From Selaginella moellendorffii (lineage: Eukaryota; Plantae; Lycopodiophyta): a stretch of DNA of 64,000 bases. This document shows, in pieces, positions 13,649 through 25,574 of the stretch. The notes beneath the pieces were generated by a model. It was not told the origin of the DNA and did no database searches. It saw only the letters and a program-made list of their open reading frames with translations. Positions within the stretch are counted from its first letter, which is position 1, and each line of letters begins with the position of its first letter. The position numbers and the translations under genes were made by a program. The stretch is from NCBI RefSeq assembly GCF_000143415.4, contig NW_003314286.1, forward strand, positions 903,643 to 967,642. Direction: 5' to 3'.

Positions 13649-14099
13649 AACTATTAAAAACTTTCAAATTATCTTCTTCTCAAGCTTATTTTTATAGCAA
13701 ATGTCTTAACATTCAACTTAAATTCTAAATTAAGAGTTTTAAAGTACAAAATATTAAAAGAGATCAAATATCTATTAAAAATTAAGTTAGTTTCAACATC
13801 ATATGCCAAGCCGTGGTCCCTTCCCAGTCCCACAGACGGACATTGACCACAAAATTGACAGACGTTGACAGAGCTTGACTGGCGCTGGGAAAAGGAAAGA
13901 AAGCTCTCTCTAACTTGCCCTGCCACGTAACTGGAAAAAGAGCCAGAATGAAAGAGTTGCAAGCAAATATCCGTTATACACAAGAAACGAACCAACGAAC
14001 GAACGAACAACGCATTAAAATCCAGCCATGAGTAGAGCGAGAGAGAGACCCCTTTAGCTCGCTCTCATTAAGAGACCACCACTTGCACTCTTCTTCCGC

Positions 14100-15299
14100 T
14101 CAAAACGATTTCATCTCCAGCAAGTAAGTCCTGCGCTTGACCAGTTCTTCCGCGGCTGTTTGAAAGGGCTGCTCAAACGCTTCCACCTCTACTCTATGAT
14201 TCCCATCCCCATCGCCGCCACCACCGCCGCCGCTACCATCGCCGCTGGGACGTATCGAAACCAACGTAGCTCCTTTGAGAGCAACACCACCGGGAAGCTC
14301 GATGTGTGGAGCGTACCACAACTTGACGTTGAGGCTTGGAACTTGAGTCCGGTTGGAGGAGGCCGAAGATGGCGGCAGCGGCTTGTCCCGGGATTGCTGG
14401 AGCTGTTCCTTGTCCATGCAAAGCATGCCCTGGCCATCGGCGTCCGTGAGAACCAAGCTTTGCAAGCTCGGGTGCTCGGCGATGATGTTTTGGAGGAGAT
14501 AGTGTCGCCCCGACGCAGCGATGAGCGAGCTTATCGTCCACACCACCCGGAGCTTGAAGCCACCGTCGGCGTCTGGAAGGTTTCCATCGTCTTCCGCCGC
14601 TGCTGGTGGTGGTGGTGGTGGCGACGAGCTCTGCGTGTCGGAGCTTCTCCTTTGAGCAGCACTACTTAGCCAGGAGGACGACGTCCTGGTCGAGTTCTTC
14701 CTGCTACTACTTTGATCGCCGCTGTTGATCAGCGCCGAGGCACCCAGGATGACGCAGCTCTCGAGAGTGCTCCCATACCTGGCCTTCCACTTGAGCAGAA
14801 AACCATCCTCGATCTCGAGCTCACCACCCGGGAGCTCGATTCTCAAGTGCTCCAAGTCTCTAAAGTTCTTGAGGACTTCCCCGGGAGAGTGGTGTGAGAC
14901 GTCGGCGGCGGCAGTGGTTGCGGCGGAGGTGGAAGCAACCAAAGCTCTCTTTGGGACTAGCAAGTGTTGAAGAGCTTGGAGTGGCCGGACCATACTCCCA
15001 AAGAATTTTAGCAAGTGACCAAAGAAGCCTTTGCCTCGAGCGCTTAGATGGCCAGCCTCGTCCCCGGAGATCACACAGTCCACCTTTACCACCACATTAT
15101 CCACCGTTCTAGCGAGAGAATAGAACCTCTTAGAGACCGCGCAGCACCGCCCCAGCGATTTCACGTCCGATACCTTGTTGAAGATGAGCAGCAGCAGAGA
15201 ATCCGGCAAGCTGTCGAAGGGATCGACGAGGAAGATCATGAGCGGCGCCGAGAGCATCCGGCAGTGCTTGTTCTCGAAATTCTCGTGCCAATCCGGCAT
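14100..15299 (-). CDS. F-box protein, AUF1/At5g46170-like family, single exon
   Basis: F-box DPFDSLPDSLLLLIFNKVSDVKSLGRCCAVSKRF; family motifs LRIELPGGEL, LKWKARYGSTLESCVILGA, RVVWTISSLIAASGRHYLL and C-terminal RRTYLLEMKSF. Start chosen at MPDW. Confidence 0.88.
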   Translation of the reverse strand: MPDWHENFENKHCRMLSAPLMIFLVDPFDSLPDSLLLLIFNKVSDVKSLGRCCAVSKRFYSLARTVDNVVVKVDCVISGDEAGHLSARGKGFFGHLLKFFGSMVRPLQALQHLLVPKRALVASTSAATTAAADVSHHSPGEVLKNFRDLEHLRIELPGGELEIEDGFLLKWKARYGSTLESCVILGASALINSGDQSSSRKNSTRTSSSWLSSAAQRRSSDTQSSSPPPPPPAAAEDDGNLPDADGGFKLRVVWTISSLIAASGRHYLLQNIIAEHPSLQSLVLTDADGQGMLCMDKEQLQQSRDKPLPPSSASSNRTQVPSLNVKLWYAPHIELPGGVALKGATLVSIRPSGDGSGGGGGGDGDGNHRVEVEAFEQPFQTAAEELVKRRTYLLEMKSF

Positions 15300-15654
15300 G
15301 GCTGAGAGGATTCGCGGCCCCAGAAACCCCAAAATCACCAATCTCGCACGAATCTCGCCTCTAGATGACGACGACGGGAACGGCGGCCATGGATTGGAAC
15401 GCTGGAACGCGTGACCGGCGCAGCGGCTAGCACGAATCACAGCCAAGCAGTAGTACCTTGCAGCTTTTTCTCGATCCAGCAGCAGTGATTTGCTCGAGAT
15501 CCATAGCCAGTGCCTCCTGTTCTTCGCTGCCAGCGCCAAGGACGTGTAGATCTGCGCATTCAATGCCCCGCCCAGGGCAGAGAGAAGAAAGAAAACCTCT
15601 CATCTCATCTCTCTCTCATACGAGTAGCAAAGGAAAAAAGAAGGGAAAAAATCA

Positions 15655-15760
15655 GTGATGACGTGTGCAGACGTGGCAGCGCCAGGACAGTCCACGTGGG
15701 TCGAAAGGAAGGATATTCTCGTCTGTGATTGTTGGCGTTCCACGTCACGGCCACATCACG
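15655..15760. promoter_or_regulatory. Cluster of ACGT-core (G-box/ABRE-like) elements in the divergent F-box/DnaJ intergenic region
   Basis: TGACGTGT, GACGTGGC, CCACGTGG and CCACGTCA within ~100 bp. Confidence 0.45.
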
Positions 15761-15811
15761 CAGCATAGAATCCTTCTTGTTGAGTTTTAGGGTTCTTTGG
15801 GGATTTTGGTG

Positions 15812-16616
15812 ATGGTGGATCTCTACCGAGTGCTCGGCGTGTCCCGGGACGCGAGCAGCGATGACATCAAAGCTGCATTTCGCCGCCTGGCGCTCAAGTT
15901 CCATCCGGATCGCCACGCCAACGCTTCCAAATCCGAGCAGCGCAACGCGTCGGATAGCTTCAGGCAAGTGAAAGAGGCGTATGAGATTCTTGGCAATGAC
16001 AAGAAGAGGGAGGTTTACAATCGATCGGGGCCGAGATACAGCACTCCGGGCAGCAATCCTTCCTCGACGTATTCCGCCGCTCAAGCGGCCAGAAGTGCTT
16101 ACGCGAGGACCGCGCAGCAGCACAGGGATTGGCGATCCGAGCAGCGGTACACGAGCTACACGGATGGATCTTCTAGTCGATCGTCAGATTGGTCGTATAG
16201 GGGAAATTATGCCGGATCCAAGAGGGACTACGATTATAGTGTAAGATGGACATTTCATCATGCTCCCAGTGAGGGCCCAAGGATGGTTCTTCGAGCCACT
16301 CTCTTCGGGTAAGTTCTTTAGCTGGTTTTCTTAGGAAACATTCTATCTTCTGTGGCTCTTCTCGATTGACTGAAGACATATTTTCTTTCAGCATGGCAGT
16401 GGTGACAATTATGCTAGCCGACTCGATGATGAGCAATGCGTGGAGGCACAACAATACCGGGGTAGGTTCCAAGTCTCTTTCTATCTTCAAAGATTTGGAA
16501 AACTCTAGACTGGACGTGTGTTTACTCAGAAATCATACGAGGAGATGGTGGAGCGTTTGCAACAAGAAAAGAAAGCTGCTAAAACCCGAGCGGCAGCAGC
16601 TGACAAAGATGAATAG
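15812..16616 (+). CDS. DnaJ (J-domain) co-chaperone, DjC72-like, 3 exons
   Basis: MVDLYRVLGV..AFRRLALKFHPD (HPD motif); spliced C-terminus ..NAWRHNNTG|KSYEEMVERLQQEK. Confidence 0.85.
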
Positions 16617-16770
16617 ACGAGGTATGTGCATACTGTATTTTCTTTCTTCAAAGAGAATGGATTGGTGGTGTAGAGCAAGCACACGCATTCTCTAAAGGAA
16701 CAAAACAGAGGAGGAGATGTAGAGCAACCGGATAACTCGTAGAGTGTCCCAGCTTTGTACAAGTTACTAA

Positions 16771-17575
16771 TCAAACTTTCGATCTGTTCAAGGCAGCACA
16801 CCCTCTCTTTATGCCACCGGTTTCGGAGCGGAAGCTAGAACAGGCACAGGAACTGCTCCTGGCTGTTGTCGAGCGACCGAGAAACTTTGGAAGCCAGCTC
16901 CAAGTCGCTCCACCGCCAGCACTTCCAGCTCCTGCAGCAGCACCCTCACCAACTTGATCTAGTAAGCGGCTTATGAATCCTCCGTTTTGCTGATGTTTTA
17001 CTTCTGGTTTTCTGTAGACGACAGGACCGATGGTATACACCAGCTGCTGGTTGCCTCCGTTTCTTCGATGCCGGTAATCAGATTTATCCTCGAGGGAGAC
17101 TGAGACGGCGTGCTGCTTCACTCGGTGGTGATGATCTGTCGCAACTTTGGCAAAACACTTGACAAGGAGCTTGTTACTGGGCAAATCCACCATGAAGGCT
17201 CCGTTCTCATCGCTGGTACGTAGCGCATTGAATACCAGAAGCCCATCCCTGTTTTTACATTCCACCACCGCGGTCATTCCTGCAGGAAAGGCGATAAGTT
17301 TTCAGTTGCCGAAATCCTCAGCGAGAGCACGTACCAGGCAGGAATGACAGGCTTTGGCCCCAGCAGTCGTACCACACAACGTGGCCGACGAGTGTTCTTG
17401 TCACAGGCGTTGCACTCCGGCTTGGAGTCTGACCGCTCGAGAGCTGATGCTTCTTCTTTCGGTGGAATTTGTGGGCGATCTTCCGGTGCCTGGGACTGGC
17501 AGCCTCGGCCAGAGATGCTGCTGCCAGTGTCAAGAGGATCAAACAAGCCAGCAAGCGGGATTTCGAAGCGGCCAT
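16771..17575 (-). CDS. Pollen Ole e 1 allergen/extensin family secreted protein, 2 exons
   Basis: Signal peptide; GHVVWYDCW..FLPG|MTAVVEC..TSDENGAFMVDLP..C. Confidence 0.75.
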
Positions 17576-18071
17576 TTTCGAGGAGAAGAGGGAACAAGCA
17601 ATGCAGGACTGCAAGACGGAAGTTTTATAAGCAGAATAGTACGAGGGGGAGGAACTACAGAAGAAAGGACTCGTCAAGCGAGGTGATCTGGTGACCAAAC
17701 TTTGCAGAAAATTCCAAACTCTTCGTTTCTTTTCCTTTCCAGGCGGAAGAGTGGTCGGTCACTGGTGGTGTTTTTCGTCGGGAATGGAGTTTCTACCATT
17801 TTGACTTTGATGTAAGTAATGTCTAGTATACTTCACTCGCTACAAATCGCGAAAGCTCTAAGATCTCTGTTTTGATTACCAGATGTGACTTCGTCACTGG
17901 CAGCGAGGCCACCAATTTCTTCTTGGCGAAAAGGTATGCCAATCGTGCGCGTAAATTTCTCATTTTTATCAACTTTGTCAGACATACACAAGTTCGTTAT
18001 TCATGGTTTCTAAGCTATCGATCACTCTTGTTATTGCAACTCTGTTAGTAACGAGCTACGGATCCATCGGT

Positions 18072-18972
18072 CTAGTTTCCTGGGGGAGGAGGAGCTGCGA
18101 AGAATGGGAACTGGAACGCTGGGAGCTGCGGGAATCCCTGGAAGGGAGGGAGCCCCGCGAGAGGTGGAACTTGCGAGAGGAGCGGCGGTGGATTGGCCGG
18201 GATGGGAGGGAAGAGAGACGTGATTGGGAATTGCGAGGCCGGGGACGATGGAATCCCTCCGAAATTCGGGAAAGAAATCGGTGGGAAGGACAATGGGTTC
18301 CCGAGATTCGGGAAGCTGGGAAACGCTGGAGCTTTCTCTTCGCCAAATTGATGAGAGGACGAAGAAGCGTCACTCTTGGATTGTTTAGCCTTGTCTTGCG
18401 AGCTCTCCGCGCACGATTTGATCGATTGGAGAGATTTGGATGGTGTGTAGACGAAAGGGCCAGTGCTGAAGATTCGATGGCCCTCGATTGTTGTGTAGGG
18501 AGTGAGAGAAGAATGCGATTTCTCCATGGCGGCAACGTTGCATGAGCGCTGCAGAGGAGTGATTCCTTTCTCTCCCGCGGCGACGCTCGCGGCGCAGAGC
18601 TTGAATCCATCGCCGGAGCCGGAGATTTGCGATGGGATGTCGAGAGAGAACCTCCCCTGCTCGTCCGTGGCTTGCTGCGCGGTAAAGAATGGACGCTGGC
18701 CGCCGACGGCTTTGCACGTAAGTGAGACCGTCATACCTGTAAGAGAGTGAGCGAATCCACCAAAAACTTTTTTACCAGCGCGCTCTACCTGAGAGGAAAA
18801 CGCTGTTGCTCGTGAGATTCTTCTCGCGGCAGGCATCACACACGACGTAGCCCATCACTTTCCCATACTTTTCTCCTCCATTGCTGGTGTCGAGTAGCTT
18901 TCGCGCGTTGGCCAGTGACGAGAGCGCCGCAAGAGCTGCGGTAAGAATTGCGAGCAACGACCACAACCCCAT
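18072..18972 (-). CDS. Pollen Ole e 1 family secreted protein with Pro/Phe-rich tail, 2 exons
   Basis: Signal peptide; VMGYVVCDAC..FLSG|MTVSLTC..TDEQGRFSLDIP; repetitive FPxFP C-terminus. Confidence 0.8.
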
Positions 18973-19619
18973 CGCTGCTGGAGCCCCCCAAGCGAGATAC
19001 GAAAGAAACACTCGACTCGACTCGACTCGGTTGGAGAGAGGTCTGCGTTGAAGAACTGGATGGATTGGCAAAAGCAAAGCTCTCGTGGGCGCGGGGGGCT
19101 CTCTCACTCCCTCCATCTTTTTAAGTTTGCTCTCTGCCAGATCGCAGACTGTCACGGGATTCATGGGCTCCGGTCGGCAGGGCGACGTAACTTTATGGTG
19201 CCACCACCCCCAAAGCAAACAACAGAGATTGAGCTATGGGCGAGAGGTTGATCCTGGAGAAACAGCTGTGGATTCGCCATTTAGTCCTTCAAGGACTTGA
19301 GCCTAAGAAGTGTATCCCTTTGCCAATGGAGGAGAAAAGTTGGCAGCGACTGCTCATCCAACACCTGACGCCGCTTTATGAATGCCATATGCCGCGCGCA
19401 ATTTGTTGATGCAGCCAGCGGTATGAGAAAAGAGAGAGAGAGATAAGAGACAACACGGGACGAGAGATCTCACCGAATGAGTAAAGACTGCCGCATGCAA
19501 TCTCTGAAGGTGCACGTCCATATCTAGAAAACGTACTTATATATATTTGCTCAAAACCTAAGGGTAACGAAAGAAACATTTATTTTAGGATCAAGCTTGC
19601 CTCCAGTTCGACTTTGAGG

Positions 19620-20610
19620 TAAATGGCATGGAGGAGCTGACGAGGATCCCATCTCCAGCGTCCTCCAGCGCACCAAGTACAAGGCTCCCTCGATGAACTC
19701 AACGTCGTACTTCGGTCGACGATGGCGACGATGGCAACGATGGCGACGACGACCCGGCCGAAGCTAAAGGTTACTGGCTTGCCTGGGCTGCTGGCTCCCT
19801 CACAGCGCTTTCCCTCGACGCTCATATCTTGGGGACCGGCGGTCTTGATCGCGTCCTCCACCGCGATGCGGAGGCTCTGCATAACTGGGATGATGCGCAC
19901 TAGCGACCTGAGCTTGGTGTCGTGCTCTCTCCAGTGGCTTCAAACGTGCGAGCTTCACTCCCTCGTCTCTCCCAGGCTGGAAGTTTTGAGGGCTGGATTT
20001 GGCAGCGATCAATCTCTTACAGTCTCGAATGGGGCTTCGTCTTGTCTGGACATTTCGACGACGGCTTTGAGACGTTTGAGCTCACATTCGACGCCCCGAA
20101 GCTGGATATTCTATTGTTGGAATTGCGTCGAGCGAGTAGGACTCCCTCGCGCATCAGGATTTGAGGACGGCCATCTGTTCTTGACAAGCCATTTGAGAAG
20201 CTCCGTAGCTTGACGCTAATGGGATCCTGGGAGATGTCAGCTCTCTCGGTTTTCGCCTCTGGTCTCGACGCTCTCGCTTCAGGTCTTGACCATCAAGATC
20301 GAGATGACCATGGACCAGGTTTGGCCGCGTGGAGACGATCATGTCGACTGTCGTTCTTTTGAGGTGGATCTTGATCTTTTCGTCTTTTATTCAATGGGGG
20401 CTGTAGTGCAAAGATTTCAGTGTTCATCTCCACGTGAGGGGCACTACACCAACGTGGTGGTTCTCAGGGATTTACTTGGAGTTTATCAAGTCAAAAAGCA
20501 CTGGCGGGAGGTGGCCAGCTGGGAACTCAAGGTTTGAGTGCTTGCGGGTGTCGTTCGACTTGCTGGTCGTGTTTCTTTCACACCCGAGGAGCTACAGCCA
20601 TACTTGATTG
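19620..20610 (+). pseudogene. F-box/LRR-like pseudogene, copy 1
   Basis: Nucleotide and peptide similarity to 22.7-23.7 kb (VTGLPG, SLVSCSLQ, SLTVSNG) with frameshifts and deletions. Confidence 0.7.
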
Positions 20611-20679
20611 TTTATTCTTCTTTATTTTCCTCGGATTTACTGTTTTAACCCTTTATTAGCTTTTGATTTGGCAAGATGT

Positions 20680-20895
20680 ATCCCTCGATTGTCGTGTAGG
20701 GACTGAGCGAATTCTCCAAGGCGGCAAACATTGCATGAGCACTGTAGAGGGATTCCTCCAGCGCAGAGCTTGAATGAGCCGGAAATTTGGTCGAGAGAGA
20801 ACCTCCACCTGCTCGTCTGAGGCTTGTTGCTGTGCGCCGCTGGCTTTGTTCTACCTGAGAAGATTCTTCTTGCGGCAGGCATAACGTTGGCCAAT
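20680..20895 (-). pseudogene. Deleted partial copy of the Ole e 1 gene at 18072-18972
   Basis: CCCTCGATTG..TGCATGAGC..AGCTTGAAT..GAGAGAACCTC..GCGGCAGGCAT matches 18480-18840 with many internal deletions. Confidence 0.8.
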
Positions 20896-21099
20896 GGCGA
20901 GACTGCCGGGGCAAGAAGTGAGATAAGGAGAAAAGACTGTTTGACTCAAATTGTTCTTAAAACTCAAGGAGGCTGTATACTATCAAGATGGAGTTCCATA
21001 TAATTCTCCATTCGCTAGGAAATCTAAAGGTCGGAAGGAAGGAAAGGAAAGGTTAGAATGAGGCCAAGGCCAATGGTTGGTGCACGTTTTCACCAAAGT

Positions 21100-22240
21100 G
21101 GGTGGCTCGCTGGTGTGCAAGCGATGGTGGCAGCTGCCCTGGGCCGTCTGTCGCCTGTCCTTCGGCTTTGAACAAAGCTCCCGGCTGCCTCAGGGAGCTC
21201 AGCGTCATGCTGTCATGGTATGGCGACGATGACCCGATCGAAGCTACGGTCACTGGCTTGCCTGGGCTGCTGGCTCCCTCACAACACCTTTTCTCGACGA
21301 TCGGGATGAGCTCATATCATGGGGACCGAAGGTCTGGAGCGTGATCGCGTGCTCCACAAGATCCAGAGGCTCGAAATAACTGGGAGGATGCGCACTAGCG
21401 ACCAGAGCTTGGTCTCATGCTCTCTCCAGTGCCTAGAAGTGTACAATCTTGGCTCGCACGTCTCTCCTGCGCTGCTCGAGATGCTGCTAGCATCATGCCC
21501 GAGACTGAGACATTTGAGGGCTGGAATTGGCAGCGACCGATCTCTTACAGTCTCGAATGGAAGCCTCAGTACTCTCGTGTTGTGTGGGGAATTTGGCGAG
21601 CACTTTGAGCTCATGCTCGACGCCCCGCAGCTGGAATATCTACTGGCGGGACTGCGTAGGACTCGAACGAGCATCCGGTTGCGCTCCCAGGATTTGAGGA
21701 CGGCCAGGAGTTTGTACAAGAGTTATACAACTCTTGTGTTCTTGACAGGCCATATGAGACGCTGTGTAGCTTGACGCTACTGGGATCCTGGGCGATGGAT
21801 CCCATCGTCCAGCTCTCTCGCTTCTCGCCTCTAGTCTCGACGCTCTAGCTCCAGCTTTCACCAGCGAGCATCACGATGACCATGGACGATATGTTATCTT
21901 GGTTTGGCCGCGTGGAGAAGATACATGTTGACTGTCTCCGTCTTTTCGTCTTTCTTCTTCTTACCAATCCTGTATTTGCAGTCCTTTGTGTCCGGGGGTG
22001 TCTCCAAGCGCAATGGTCTCATGGTCCATCTCCGCGTGTGCACTGATGCACCATGGTTCTCAGGGATTTACTTGAAGTTCATCAAGTCAAAGGGCTGTGA
22101 TTCACTGCGCTGAGGAGGTGGCTAGCTGGGAACAGCTGATACTCACACCAGGATTTGAGTGCTTGCGGGTGTTGTTTAACTTTTTTCCTGGTTCCGTTTT
22201 TCTTGACACGCGCCTGGAACTACCGACATGGTTCTTGATT
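21100..22240 (+). pseudogene. F-box/LRR-like pseudogene, copy 2
   Basis: High similarity to 22.6-23.7 kb (MLLASCPRL..SIRLRSQDLR) but split by frameshifts. Confidence 0.72.
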
Positions 22241-22541
22241 TATTGATTGTTTTGTTTTTTCTTCTCGTTGTAAAGGGATACTCATTCATCGAATTGAGGA
22301 GGTTTGTGCGGCGACGACACGGTGGGACAAGCGTCAGGAATTGTCCCCTGCGATCAAAGATTTCGGCTATTTTTTGCTTTGCATTGCATAGAAAAGCGTT
22401 TGCTTGACTGGTAAAAAGGAAGCTTTGATTTTGAAAACGCTAACAGCATGCATTATTTCATCGTTTTCCAGCACAGAAAGGGTTGACAGTGGAAGACTTT
22501 TTGTTAGCTTATATTGGCATTTCATTAGGTCAGAGGGAAAA

Positions 22542-23725
22542 ATGCTAGAGCTGGATGGTTGCTCCCTCCTGGACGTCTGGGAGATGCGCGGCAGCTCGCC
22601 AAATGCTCGCTGGTGTGCAAGCGATGTCTCTCGCCTGCACTTCGACTTTGTGGTAAGTACCAGGCAGCAGCTAAAGGACGCGCGTCTCGTGCAAGGCTCC
22701 CGGCTGCCGCAAGGAGCTCAGCGTCATGCTCCGGTATAGCGGCCATGGTGATGAGCAGATGGAACCTAGCGGTTACTGGCTTGCCTGGGTTTCCCTTGAA
22801 GCTCGGGATGGAATGGGGACCGAGGGTCTGGCTCTTGATCGCGTGCTCTACCGCGATTCCGAGGCTCCACATCGCTGGGAACATCTACACTGGCAACCAG
22901 AGCTTGGTGCCGTGCTCTCTCCAGTGCCTAGAAGCCTGCGAGCTGCAGTCGCCCGTCTCTCCTGCGATGCTCCAGATGCTGCTAGCATCATGCCCGAGGC
23001 TGGAACTTTTGAGGGCTGGAACTGGCGACAAACAGTCTCTTACAGTCTCGACTGGAAGCCTCAGGGCTCTCGTCTTGTGTGGGCAACTCGACGAGGAGTT
23101 TGAGACGTTCGAGCTCACGATCGACGCCCCGAAGCTGGAAACTCTACTGATGCGACTGAGTCAAGCGAGTAGGACTAGCATCCGGTTGCGCTCCCAGGAT
23201 CTGAGGATGGCCATGTTATACAGCTCTTGTGTTCTTGACAAGCCATGTCAGAAGCTGCGTAGCTTGACGCTTATGGGATCCTGGGCGATGGATTCCATCG
23301 TCCAGCTCTCTCGGTTCTCGCCTCTGGCCTCGACGCTCTCACTCCAGGTCTTCACCAGCGAGTACAAGATGACCATGGACAAAATCTTATCTTGGTTTGG
23401 CCGCGTGGAGACGATATATTCTTTTCAAGTGGATCTCCGTCTTTTTGTCTTTCTTCTTCTTACCAATCGTGTAATTGCAGTCGTTTTTGCCCGGGGGTGT
23501 CTCCAAGCGCAAGGATCTCACGCTTCATCTCCACCGCCACCCGACGTGATGGTTGTCATGGATTTACTTGAAGCTCATCAAGTCAAAGGGCTCGTCATTC
23601 ACTGCGCCGAGGAGATGGAACTGTGCTTGCGGGTGTTGTTCGACTTGGTTATGGTCTTTCCTGGTCGCATTTCTTTCACGCGCGAGGAGTTACAGCCATA
23701 TTATGATCTGAAAAATTACATCTAA
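22542..23725 (+). CDS. F-box/LRR-like protein, most intact copy of the triplication; 5' end appears frameshifted, so possibly also a pseudogene
   Basis: Half F-box motif RLGDARQLAKCSLVCKR; LRR-like LLASCPRLELL and IDAPKLETL; the 388-aa ORF lacks an in-frame ATG upstream of the F-box. Confidence 0.55.
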
Positions 23726-23802
23726 AGGCAGGGAATATTCGACTAAAGTAAAAGCACTGTGTATTCAAATTCTAGGGCTAGCAGTGTGAGAGAAGGGGTG
23801 CT

Positions 23803-25263
23803 ATGGTGCTAGAGGCGGCGGGCTGCAGTGCTTCCACGTCCCAGGAATCGGGTGAGGAGCTGACGCTGGTGGTGAAATGGGTTGGCAAGGATTACACGGT
23901 GCGGGTTTGCGGCGATGACACGGTGGGAGAGCTTAAGCGCCGGATCTGCGAGGTCACCAATGTTCTTCCCAAGCGCCAGAAGCTCCTCAATGTCAAGAAG
24001 GGATCCAAGCCCGCCGACGATTCCATGCTGCTCTCCGGCCTGGGCCTCAAGCCTGCGATCAAGATTTCCATGATCGGGTAAGCTCCCAGTTTTTTCCTTT
24101 TGTTTTTCTTTCATGTTCTGCATTGGATAAAAAAGTTTGGTGGTATAGTTTGGACTGGACTTCTTGAACAAAAAAAAAGAGAGAAGATTTTGATAGCTTG
24201 CTAGCATTGGTTTTACTCTTGATTTATTTCATCGTTTTCCAGCACTGTGGAAGATGAGATATTTGTAGATACCGTGGATGCTCCCGAGGTCTTGGACGAT
24301 TTTGAGCTGGGGGAGGAAGACACCACCGATATCAAAGACAAAGATATCAACAAGGCTAAGATCCAGAGACGAGTTCAACAGTACAAGGTTAGAAATAATC
24401 TTGTGTTCCTGCACTTTTCTCATGTCTTTGATTTTTATTGCGTGCTTTATTCGCTGACAGTTAAAGCTGTTGAATCCTTGTCGCCCGGGAAAGAAACTTC
24501 TCGTTTTGGATATTGATTACACGCTCTTTGATCATCGTTCCACCGCCGAGAATCCCCTGGAGCTGATGCGCCCGTGTAAGTCGGTCGTGGAGCACACAAA
24601 GGCTGTGATCTTTTCTCATGAACTTTGCTTTTGACAGATCTTCACGAGTTTCTTACGGCTGCCTACGCTGCCTACGACATCATCATATGGTCCGCTACAA
24701 GGTTTGACTCCACCAACAAGAGACAATCGAGAAAAAAGAGGATCCTTTTCTTACTAATGTCGTGTTTGCTTTGCAGCATGAAATGGGTGGAAGTTAAGAT
24801 GAAGGAGCTGGGAGTTCTCGGCAATGCAAGCTATAAGATCACGGCCCTCCTGGACCATCTTGCGATGATCACAGTCCAGTCCGAGAGCCGCGGAGTTTTC
24901 GATTGCAAGCCACTGGGTTTAATCTGGGGAAAGCTTCCAGAGGTAAAGCGTTTAGATCCTTCTTTAGATCTCTTATCAGTTTGTTTTTTTTTTTCTTGGT
25001 TTCTTCTTTCTTTGCTACAGTTTTATGGACCAAACAACACGATCATGCTGGATGATCTCAAGAGGAACTTCGTGATGAATCCACAAAATGGTCTCGTGAT
25101 CCGGCCTTTTAAAAAAGCTCACATGAATCGAGGCACGGACCAGGAGCTCGTGTACTTGGCAGAGTATTTGCTCGCGATCGGCGACTTGGACGACTTAAGT
25201 GGCCTGGATCACAAGAACTGGGAGAAGTATAGCGAGCAAAACAAGCGGCAAAGGCACCAGTGA
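23803..25263 (+). CDS. UBLCP1: Ubiquitin-like domain-containing CTD phosphatase 1, multi-exon
   Basis: N-terminal UBL ([21 protein letters not shown]); HAD motif [12 protein letters not shown]; IIIWSAT; [17 protein letters not shown]. Confidence 0.93.
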
Positions 25264-25574
25264 TTACTTGGGATAATTTAAAATCGGTGAATATTCCTGG
25301 CATTGAGGGTCGAATCGTTTCCCTCTCTGCCGCATGTACAAAACAATCTAGGGTTCTCGGAGGAGGACGTGAGCCATGGCGCCGCGCGCCGCACACTGCG
25401 ATTTCCATCTCCTCTGGCTCGAGGCGGTAAGGAATCTATGATCTGCATTCTCTTCTCGTTGCCGATCGGGGGATTTCTTGCGGTTGCAGCACCCCCGGGC
25501 GGGTCGTGCGCGCCGGAGAAGAAAATCCGGCAGCTCGGGAGGAGCGGCGTGAGCGATCGAGCATATTTGGAGGC

